The notes under the pieces are model-generated. The model searched no databases and was not told the DNA's origin. It worked only from the letters and a program-made list of their open reading frames with translations. This document shows positions 21,720 through 30,364 of a stretch of DNA of 64,000 nt, piece after piece. Source of the stretch: Bdellovibrionales bacterium (GTDB taxonomy: Bacteria; Bdellovibrionota; Bdellovibrionia; Bdellovibrionales; JAUICD01); assembly GCA_965203275.1 (NCBI GenBank), contig OZ241865.1, positions 1,760,001 through 1,824,000 of the forward strand, read 5' to 3'. The position numbers were made by a program, and so were the translations under genes. Every line of letters starts with the position of its first letter. Within the stretch, counting starts at the first letter, position 1.

Positions 21720-22015
21720 AATTTACCTCTTTTCTTTTACTATACCATTAAAAGACAAGAAATAAAACAAAAATCCTTTTGATGCACAGTATTATATTAT
21801 TGTTTTGAAACACTTAGAAATAGCAAATTATTCTATATTTTGATTAAATTTGAAACAATTAATATTTTGAAATTCTAAATAATTTCAATAATTTAGAAGA
21901 TTTGATGTTGACTATTCTAAAGATATATAAGTAATAAGCATATATAAAATCTACTATAGCTTTAGGGAGTATTTCTGGCATATATTTTTGACTTCCTTTT
22001 CTGCTACTCACCTTT

Positions 22016-24232
22016 TTATTTTTTCTTCAAAAGCTTAAGAAACTCTTCCATTTGCAAATTCTTTTTGTGAGGAAAATCAAGAATCATAAACTCATTAATC
22101 ATTTGTGGGCTTGAAGGTTTTATGTATGTTCCTAAGCTAATTAATAAGCTCTTTTTTGATTCATATTTTTTAATAAGTCCGTAGGATAGCATTTGTTTCT
22201 CAAGACCTTCTTGTTGATATTGAGAGTGAAATGTTAAACAAAAAGGTTCTGCACCTAAACACAAGCTATGAGGTCTTTTGTTTTTTTCTGTGTCTTTTAT
22301 ATAGCCCTCTATTAAATCAAATATTTTTTTAAAAGTCACAAAATCAAAATACAATAACCAATAGATCGCATCAGAATGACCTGAAGAATATTTTAATAGC
22401 TTCTTAAATTGATCTATTGTTAAACCTTGTGTTTGTGTTATTTTTTTTAAATCATTCAAATGAATAGAAGAAATAGCATTTTGAGTATAGAGGTTATCCC
22501 ACTCTTTAATAAACCTTCTTAATCGAGGGTCTAAATTTAACTTTGGCTTTTTTTGAGGGTCAGGATTATGACTACAGTAATAATCATCAAAAGGAGCAAT
22601 CCATTCTGAAGGAATAAATACAAGCTGATCATTGCCTTTAAAATTAAATCCACCACAGGGACTATTTGTAAGATACAGTCCAAAATAACTCAGCTCATCT
22701 AATGCACAAATAGTTTGTTCATCCTGTACCTGTACCTCTAATCGAGACTTGATATAATGTATAAATAAGGAGGGATATTCTATATGGTTTAAAATAATTT
22801 CTAATTCTAAAAGATTAACAGCCCAAGGATATTGATTTTCTTTAAATAAATTTTGTAGTTTGGTTGTTTTTAAATTTTGTGTGATCATCATTAAATTTTC
22901 TAAACCAATACAAATAGAAAAAACCTCTAAGTGACTTGATTTTTCTATATGTATAGGCTTGCTACCTTGATAAAAAATAGGTTTATCTTCACTTAAAATA
23001 TAATCAGAAGTTCTTTGAGTTTGCTCATAAGCCTTTCCAATAATTTCTTTTAAGCCATATTCAAGCTGTTGTTTATAACCACCAGCTTTGGCTTTATATC
23101 TTAGAGAGCCAGATTTGACTTCAGCTATAATGATCTTGTTGTCATACTCTATTAAAATATCAACTTCATAGTCTTTACCTTTATATTGATACTTTAAATT
23201 TTTATAGACTCGATCCTTAAAAACTTTTTGAAAGCTTGTATAAGCTAATTCTTCTGCATATTTACTTTTTGCATTGTTGTATTGTTTCCACAGAGTTTTA
23301 TGGCTCTCTTTTTTATCTTTGATCAAGCATTCTAGTTGATGAATGATACCGTATTGGATTTGCTCAATATTTATTCCTAAATAGCCATTTTGCGTTTTTA
23401 TAATAGGCTTTTTCCAAGATATATCTTCATCTAATAATGAGTTATAATTAGGATTTCCTTCCCCTATTTGAATAGAGCAGTTTTCAAGATAAGTGCAAAT
23501 TTCTTCTCTAAATGCATCCCTTTCATTTTTTGGAAGTTTCTCTTTCAGCAAAGTTTCTATATCATCTTCTATATCATCTTCAGTAAATAAAAAATTTGTG
23601 TCGTGATTTTTGAATTTTTTGTCATAAATATTTGCTACTGCTCTTGAAAATGCACGGGCAATTAAAGGCTTAAATCCAAACTCTTTAAAAAAAGAGTAAC
23701 TTAAAGGCTTAAGTCCAAATTTTTCTAAAAAATTATGACTTAGAGAACTCATTTTTTTTCTTTTAATTAAGTCTTCTATATGATCAGAGTTTATCTCACC
23801 AAATAGACTACAAAACTTTTTTTCTAATTGGTTAGGGTATATTTCAGGATTGATTAGGCTTAAAAGGTATTGACTTTGAGAAAGGTATAAAAAATCATGC
23901 CAAGAGTTATTGTTGTTTTCCTTATGCCTAATTGGCCAATGAAAAGCACGGCAGTAGTTGATTAGAGTTTCTTTTAATCGATGAATATCTTTTTGGGATG
24001 GTTTTTTTGTTGAGATTTTTTTTTGTTTTAAGTACATGTTGAATAAAAAATTAACTATGGGTTGTTGTATTTTTTCTTCAACAGATAATGATTGCGACAT
24101 GTAATAATATTTAGAAATATAAAAAAGTGTTTCAATAGGATCATATTTGGAAATAAAATCATCTATTTCTTTTTTAGATTGCTTTATTTCTCTTTCATTT
24201 CTTTGTTGGATAATTTCTAAATAATCTTTCAT
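22016..24232 (-). CDS. Large protein with NERD/PD-(D/E)XK-like nuclease domain
   Basis: YAEEL...YKNLKY...EVDILIEYDNKIIIAEVKSG...AYEQTQR motif set. Confidence 0.65.
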   Translation of the reverse strand: MKDYLEIIQQRNEREIKQSKKEIDDFISKYDPIETLFYISKYYYMSQSLSVEEKIQQPIVNFLFNMYLKQKKISTKKPSQKDIHRLKETLINYCRAFHWPIRHKENNNNSWHDFLYLSQSQYLLSLINPEIYPNQLEKKFCSLFGEINSDHIEDLIKRKKMSSLSHNFLEKFGLKPLSYSFFKEFGFKPLIARAFSRAVANIYDKKFKNHDTNFLFTEDDIEDDIETLLKEKLPKNERDAFREEICTYLENCSIQIGEGNPNYNSLLDEDISWKKPIIKTQNGYLGINIEQIQYGIIHQLECLIKDKKESHKTLWKQYNNAKSKYAEELAYTSFQKVFKDRVYKNLKYQYKGKDYEVDILIEYDNKIIIAEVKSGSLRYKAKAGGYKQQLEYGLKEIIGKAYEQTQRTSDYILSEDKPIFYQGSKPIHIEKSSHLEVFSICIGLENLMMITQNLKTTKLQNLFKENQYPWAVNLLELEIILNHIEYPSLFIHYIKSRLEVQVQDEQTICALDELSYFGLYLTNSPCGGFNFKGNDQLVFIPSEWIAPFDDYYCSHNPDPQKKPKLNLDPRLRRFIKEWDNLYTQNAISSIHLNDLKKITQTQGLTIDQFKKLLKYSSGHSDAIYWLLYFDFVTFKKIFDLIEGYIKDTEKNKRPHSLCLGAEPFCLTFHSQYQQEGLEKQMLSYGLIKKYESKKSLLISLGTYIKPSSPQMINEFMILDFPHKKNLQMEEFLKLLKKK

Positions 24233-25650
24233 AAGATTCTATTTTTCCTAAGTTTTTGAGCTTTTTGCCAATTTTCAAACTGCTGTTTATTAACCTTATA
24301 GCGTGCAAAATTTCCTTCATGTAAAGAGATAAGTTCCGACTCAATCACTTCAATAAACTGTGATTGTTCTCTTATAGGAAATTTTTTAGATTCTTGCTTT
24401 ATTCTCTTTAAAGTATTTTTCACTGGTAATGGTTTACTGATCAGTGAATGGATCAATAAGCTGATTTCTTTATGATATTTTAAACGGAAAAGATCTGGTT
24501 TTGCATGTTCTATATGACTTAAAACATTATATTGTTTAGCAGAGCGTTCATAAGCCCATAAGAAGACATCTCTCAATAAAAAAATACTTCTTTTTTCATA
24601 CACTCCTAACACACCTTGTGTATAAATATCTTTAGGTACATCAAGAAAAGATAAAGGTGAAAGTTGATTCTTAATCAAAGGAATGTTAGTAGCTAAGCGA
24701 GAAACACGTTTATTAACATCTGTAAATGGTTGCAAATAGGGAAGATGAACCATGATAAAAAAAGCCTGCTCATATGGATTTTGAATTTGCCGTGCTTTTT
24801 TCAGAATAAGATCAAATAATTCCTCTATCATTTGTGGAATATCTAATGGCTCATAAGTAGAACCTTTAATTCCTACAATTTTTTGACGCAAAGAGCCTGA
24901 ATATTGCGGTTCTAAGAGGTTGTGGGATAGCAATGCATGTAGATTAAGGATTGTTGGTTTGTTAAATCCGATATCATTACCATGCTTTTTTGATTCGACC
25001 AGAAATCTAATAGCTTCTTTATGGTTTAAAATCATTTGAGCTTCAGTAGCTTTTTTGTCATCTGCTAGCTCACTAAACTCAAGTAGCCTTTGTGTTTCTA
25101 ATAAAGAATAAGTATTTCCTTCAAGACGGCTAGAATTCCATGAGAGATCAATTAATAAACGATTTAAGATGTCTTTAGAATAAGTTTCAACAGGTTGAAT
25201 AAGGTTTTTTATACTGCCTATTTGAGTCAATTTTTTAATTTGAGCAGGTGTCAAATAGCTATTTTTACTATTGGGTTGATAGGATTCTAAGAAATCACGA
25301 GAATAACTTACAGGTTCTCTCTTTTGCTTGGGGAGCTTCACAAAAGTTAAAATATGTTGACCAGCTTTTGAAAGTGGGATAACAGAATGATTTAAGTGGT
25401 TTTCTTGTTGAGATGTGTCCTTTAAAGAAGTCAAATAATACCTTGTTGCACGAGATTGACCTGTCACGTAGATTTTTTTCTGCTCTGCCAGTAAGGAAAG
25501 CTTTCTCTGTAAGGTTCTTCGAGTCCACTTTAAGCCTAATTGGATGACTTCACTTTCTATTTCTTCTATAGAAGCTCCGTTTGGAAAGCCCTTTAAAATA
25601 TCTCTAACATTGTCTAATTCTTGCTTCTGAGTTATTTTTTTTGTAGGCAT
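24229..25650 (-). CDS. Fic family protein with N-terminal HTH
   Basis: SWNSSRLEGNT and variant Fic motif YLQPFTDVNKRVSR; N-terminal RRTLQRKLSLL...GQSRATRY winged helix. Confidence 0.88.
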   Translation of the reverse strand: MPTKKITQKQELDNVRDILKGFPNGASIEEIESEVIQLGLKWTRRTLQRKLSLLAEQKKIYVTGQSRATRYYLTSLKDTSQQENHLNHSVIPLSKAGQHILTFVKLPKQKREPVSYSRDFLESYQPNSKNSYLTPAQIKKLTQIGSIKNLIQPVETYSKDILNRLLIDLSWNSSRLEGNTYSLLETQRLLEFSELADDKKATEAQMILNHKEAIRFLVESKKHGNDIGFNKPTILNLHALLSHNLLEPQYSGSLRQKIVGIKGSTYEPLDIPQMIEELFDLILKKARQIQNPYEQAFFIMVHLPYLQPFTDVNKRVSRLATNIPLIKNQLSPLSFLDVPKDIYTQGVLGVYEKRSIFLLRDVFLWAYERSAKQYNVLSHIEHAKPDLFRLKYHKEISLLIHSLISKPLPVKNTLKRIKQESKKFPIREQSQFIEVIESELISLHEGNFARYKVNKQQFENWQKAQKLRKNRIL

Positions 25651-25863
25651 GTAGAGAATCCTTTTATTGGTTTTTAAATTTCTGTGAATTGATCTTTAAA
25701 CATTATATCACAGAATTTGTCGCACAAATAGTTTGCACGACAAATTCGTGATTTGCACGACAATTTTATTATTTTGAAACGTTTTGTATGAATATCTAAG
25801 ATTATTTTATGAAAAACGAAAACTAGAAACTTGCTTAAGAAAATAATGTATAATAAAACACAT

Positions 25864-26948
25864 AGAAAAATACAGAGAAATGAACGTCTTGTTTCCTTAA
25901 CATTTCACTCAAAATGCATCATGCCGTCTTTTGCACTTGAAATGAACCACACCTCTGTTTCCCTAAAATTGAACTAGCCTCTGGCTACTTTTGGGCAGTT
26001 AGCCCGACGACTGTCGTCGTCGATCAAAGGCTAACTCCCTCAAAAGCTTGTTCAATTTTAGGAAGAAGGATGTCCTCATTTTTTTACTTCATATTAAGGA
26101 AAAAGATTTCCTTCTGATGTTTGCTCTGACAGCTATCGCTGTCCAAAAAGAGCAATGTCGTTGGTTCACTAAAAGTAAACTAGCCTTTGTTTCACTCAAA
26201 GTGAACTGGCCTCTGGCCACTTTTGGACAATGACCGCAAAGGCTTTCGCCTTTGACAAAATGGTCATTGCCTCAAAAGCCTGTTCACTTTGAGTAAGAAG
26301 GATCTCATCGTCTCTTAACTACATGTTAAGGAAACAAGATTTCCTTCGTTCTTGCCGGGTTGCCGGATCCTGGATCCCGGATCCCAGAAAAATACGATGT
26401 TAAGGAAACAAGATGTTTATTTCACGTCGATAAATGGTCATTGCCTCAAAAGCCTGACCACTTTTAGTTGGGAGGATCCTCTCGTCTCTTTACACGATGT
26501 TAAGGGAAAAGTTCCTTCTTACATCTTTTGCCTGCAAAGGCTTTCGCCTTTGACAAAATAGGCAACACCTAAAAAATCCGTTCATTTCAAGTAAGAAAGG
26601 ATATCCTTGCCTCTTGACATCATGTTAAGGAAAATGTCCTTCTAATGGCAGTTAGCCCGACGGCTTACGCTGTTGACAAAATGGTCATTGTCTCAAAAAT
26701 CTATGCATTTTGAGTAGAGAAGGATCCTTTTATTCCTTTACACCATGTTAAGGAAAAATTCTTTTATTTTCTTAGGAGCAAGCGACTTACGATAAAGGAA
26801 CTTTTTCCTTAACATGTAGTTATGAGACGAGGATATCCTCCCCTACTAAAAGTAAACGGACTTTTGAGATAGCCAGCCTTTGATCGACGGCGACAGCCGT
26901 CGGGCTGGCTATCCAAAAGCAACCAGAGGTTGGTTTACTTTTAGTGAA
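25864..26948. repeat. Mosaic structured-repeat cluster 1
   Basis: Full units at ~25961-26103, 26191-26334 and 26803-26948 (reverse), plus partial units and heptamers. Confidence 0.9.
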
Positions 26949-27323
26949 TTAAAACCGAGATGTATGGTACTTAAAGTCTTTCACCCTTTTGCTTTCATCA
27001 AAGTTGATAATAACAGTTAAGGTTTTTTGTCGGGATGTACGTTTTCCGCTACTCCCACCTATTAAAATCAATGTACCATAAGCTTGAGAAGTCGATACTG
27101 AACTGCTGATTTTATCGTAAATCCACACTTCGTTACCATCGTCATCTGTACTCACAATATTCGGAGAGCCTAAAACAGTGGCAACTTCTGCCCCACTCAT
27201 GCCTCTTTTGATTTCTTTTTGTACTGCTCCAACTGTAAGCTGTTGGCTATCATCACGTTGAGTGGCACATCCACTTATGAATAATACTGCAAATAAAACT
27301 GTAAATAATTTTAAATGTTTCAT
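26949..27323 (-). CDS. SmpA/OmlA (BamE-like) lipoprotein
   Basis: Lipobox ISGC; IKRGMSGAEVATVLGSP...EVWIY...LTVIINFDESKRVKD. Confidence 0.75.
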   Translation of the reverse strand: MKHLKLFTVLFAVLFISGCATQRDDSQQLTVGAVQKEIKRGMSGAEVATVLGSPNIVSTDDDGNEVWIYDKISSSVSTSQAYGTLILIGGSSGKRTSRQKTLTVIINFDESKRVKDFKYHTSRF

Positions 27324-27654
27324 TCTATACTCCTTTTTGTTGCATTTGATTTTTCGTCTATAATTATAGTGTGCTTTCTATTAACTTTTGTCAATGAAAT
27401 ATTTTTTATCTCCAAATCTCCAACAATTTACATAAGCCATAAGTATCTAAGTGCATTTCTTGACCATCAAAACAGCAACAGAAAAACTTAACCTTTTAGT
27501 AAAAGATATTCCTAAAAGAACTTAGCATTAAATAACTTCTTTAAAATACTTAACTCATATAATAAAAAGAGTCTTTTTATAACCTCTAAAGCCTAAAATA
27601 ATTTATTTTTGCTATGATGCTATTATGATCGCTATGATCTTTTTCCGTAGTATT

Positions 27655-28671
27655 TTATTCTAAAATCTTTCGAGAATTAATAAGGCCTTGAGCTTCACGT
27701 TCTTGTATAGATTGTTCAAATGTCACCATGCCTTGTGACCGGCTTGTTTGCATAATAGAAGGTATTTGAGATATTTTACTTTCACGAATACAATTAGATA
27801 CAGCAGTGTTCGTTATAAGCACTTCAAAAATAGCCACTCGACCTTTTTTATCTGCTTTTTTAACTAAAGTTTGTGCTACAACTCCTCTTAAAGATTCAGC
27901 AAGCATAGTTCTAATTTGCCCTTGCTTTTCAGCGGGAAACACATCAATGATCCTATTAACTGTTTGAACAGCACTGTTGGTGTGAAGTGTTCCAAAAACA
28001 AGATGGCCTGTCTCCGCAGCCGTCAAGGCTAACTGTATAGTTTCTAAATCTCGCATTTCACCCACAAGAATCACATCAGGGTCTTCCCTCAAAGTAACCC
28101 TGAGTGCTGCTGCAAAGGATTTACTATGTGTATAAATCTCTCTTTGATTGATAAGAGATTTTTTGTTTTTGTGTACAAATTCAATAGGGTCTTCAATGGT
28201 AATGATATGTAGATTATAATTTTCGTTTAAGTGATCAATCAAAGAAGATATGGTAGTAGATTTACCAGAACCTGTATAACCAGTGACAAGCACTAATCCA
28301 TTATGATTAGAAGTTAAGTTGATAATAGAATCTGGAACCAAAAGACTTCGAGAAGATTGTACTATATCAGGTACATATCGGAAGACACCACTAATCCCTC
28401 TTAATTGCATGAACAAACTTAAACGGAAACGACCTTCCCCCTTCACACTATAAGCACAATCTAACTCTAAATTTTCTGTAAATTGTTTTTTTTGCCTCTC
28501 TGTAAGTAACTCAAAAAGCAACCCTTGACATTCTGAAGCAGTTAAATCTCTATATTTGACAGGACACATATCTCCGTGAATACGCATAAAAGGTGGGCAA
28601 CCACTACTAATGTGCAAATCTGAACCATTTGCCTGCTTTAATTTAACCAATAAATCATCTAATTTTGCCAT
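27655..28671 (-). CDS. pilT: Type IV pilus retraction ATPase
   Basis: SDLHI, TGYTGSGKST, TIEDPIE, LREDPDVILVGEMRD, AAETGHLVFGTLHT. Confidence 0.93.
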   Translation of the reverse strand: MAKLDDLLVKLKQANGSDLHISSGCPPFMRIHGDMCPVKYRDLTASECQGLLFELLTERQKKQFTENLELDCAYSVKGEGRFRLSLFMQLRGISGVFRYVPDIVQSSRSLLVPDSIINLTSNHNGLVLVTGYTGSGKSTTISSLIDHLNENYNLHIITIEDPIEFVHKNKKSLINQREIYTHSKSFAAALRVTLREDPDVILVGEMRDLETIQLALTAAETGHLVFGTLHTNSAVQTVNRIIDVFPAEKQGQIRTMLAESLRGVVAQTLVKKADKKGRVAIFEVLITNTAVSNCIRESKISQIPSIMQTSRSQGMVTFEQSIQEREAQGLINSRKILE

Positions 28672-28917
28672 TAGAACCTCTTTTGCTCTTAAAGTTTTTA
28701 TTATTTTCTTTCAATATAATCGGCACTTGATAAAAATTATTTAATTTTTTTGAAAATTTAAAAATATTGTATCATTATGAAACAATATTAACTTTTAATG
28801 ATATGATGATGATTGTATTAAAATGAGACAATCTAAAGGTATAGCAAAAATCCAAAAACAATTTCAAATGAGAAGAAAAATGCACGATAACAAACAGATA
28901 ACAATGAGGTACAAATT

Positions 28918-29922
28918 ATGATCAACGTAGCAGTTATAGGAGCAACAGGATTGGTAGGTTCTACTTTGCTTCAAATACTTAGGGAGCGTAAGTTTCCTTC
29001 CTCTCATTTGGCCTTATTTGCAAGCAGAGCTTCTCAAGGACAGAGCATATCCTTTGGTCAAGAGCGTATTGTGTTAGATGTTCTTTCTGAAGATAAACTT
29101 CAAAATTTAAATTTAGCTTTTTTTGTAGCTGATGATCCAATAAGTCGTAAATGGGTTCCTATAGCTCTTAAGGCAGGTGTGACTGTGATAGATAATGCTG
29201 CTACTTTTCGTATGGATCCTCAAGCTGTCTTGATTGTGCCTGAGGTCAATGGTCATTTGTTGTCATCAAAACCTCACTTGATTGCTAACCCGAATTGTTC
29301 GACTATACAAATGGCTGTGGCACTTTGGCCTCTTGACCAAAAGTTTGGTATTGAAACCATTAAAGTAGCCACTTATCAATCAGTGAGTGGATCTGGAAAG
29401 GCTGCTATTGAAGAGCTTAAGCATAATACATTAGCTGATCTCAAAAGCCCATCTCAAAATACCAAGTCACAAGTTTATCCACATAATATTGCTTTCAATA
29501 ATTTGCCTCATATTGGTTCTTTTAATAATGAAGGCTTCTGCACTGAAGAGATAAAAATGAGAAATGAAATGCGAAAAATTTTTAACAACCCATCTTTGAA
29601 AATCACAGCTTTTTGTGTTCGAACTCCTACCTTAAATGCTCATAGTGAGGCAATATGGGTCACATTTAAGCAAAAAACTAATTTAGCTGACATTTTATCT
29701 TGTTTAAAGTCTGCTCCAGGGATTCAAGTGATAGATCATCCTAGTCAAAACCAATATCCTTTAGCAAGGATGGCATCAGGTCAGGATCATGTATTTGTAG
29801 GACGTATTCATCAAGACCCTGATGATGATCGCACTTGGCTGATGTGGGTTGTAGCAGATAATATTAGAAAGGGAGCAGCTCTCAACGCAGTGCAAATTGC
29901 AGAAATACTACATGACTTATGA
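28918..29922 (+). CDS. asd: Aspartate-semialdehyde dehydrogenase
   Basis: GATGLVG, NPNCSTIQ, TYQSVSGSG, DNIRKGAALNAVQIAE. Confidence 0.96.
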   Translation: MINVAVIGATGLVGSTLLQILRERKFPSSHLALFASRASQGQSISFGQERIVLDVLSEDKLQNLNLAFFVADDPISRKWVPIALKAGVTVIDNAATFRMDPQAVLIVPEVNGHLLSSKPHLIANPNCSTIQMAVALWPLDQKFGIETIKVATYQSVSGSGKAAIEELKHNTLADLKSPSQNTKSQVYPHNIAFNNLPHIGSFNNEGFCTEEIKMRNEMRKIFNNPSLKITAFCVRTPTLNAHSEAIWVTFKQKTNLADILSCLKSAPGIQVIDHPSQNQYPLARMASGQDHVFVGRIHQDPDDDRTWLMWVVADNIRKGAALNAVQIAEILHDL

Positions 29923-29982
29923 CCCTGTCAGAGCAATGCCCATTACCATTCGCAATCATTTTTTGAATTTGAAGCATTAAAT

Positions 29983-30356
29983 CCTGAGTTTGACAGTTGA
30001 TTTGCAAATATGGGCATCTTCTTTTTTAAGAATGCTTTATTTATAGGTGTTAGAGGGTTGTAAGTTTTAATTTTTAAATTTCGTCAGAATTTGTAGTGAA
30101 ACAAATTTTTGTAAATTTTGATAAATAAAGCATTGACATAGAAAGCTATGTATTATTGAGTAAAGATGATGATGAAAATATGAAAATCCTAAAAATAAGG
30201 GGGAAATATGAAGTTTCAGATGAATAAATTAATGATTTCCCCTAAATTAAAACGCTTACAGTAAAAAAAGCTCACATCCTAGTGGCACAAAATCTTATTA
30301 CGCCTATAACCTATTGAAATCTCACAACTTTATTTTTGCAGGCTATCAAACTCAGG
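29983..30356 (+). mobile_element. 374-bp non-autonomous IS1634-like element (MITE)
   Basis: Terminal inverted repeats CCTGAGTTTGACAG / CTATCAAACTCAGG; left end matches the sequence upstream of the transposase remnant at 49862. Confidence 0.8.
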
Positions 30357-30364
30357 ATTTACTC

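Noticed and set aside
26048..26561. ORFs 26048..26233 and 26352..26561; likewise 36244, 37720, 51807, 53759 and 53937
   Set aside because: Lie within the non-coding mosaic repeats; similarity between them reflects the DNA repeat
26320..26815. Integron attC sites (GTTAAGG resembles GTTRRRY)
   Set aside because: The motif deviates from the consensus, units do not alternate with single cassettes and occur in both orientations, and no integrase is present
25864..26948. CRISPR array
   Set aside because: No constant repeat alternating with unique spacers; the variable parts are self-complementary stems reused at other loci; no cas genes in the window
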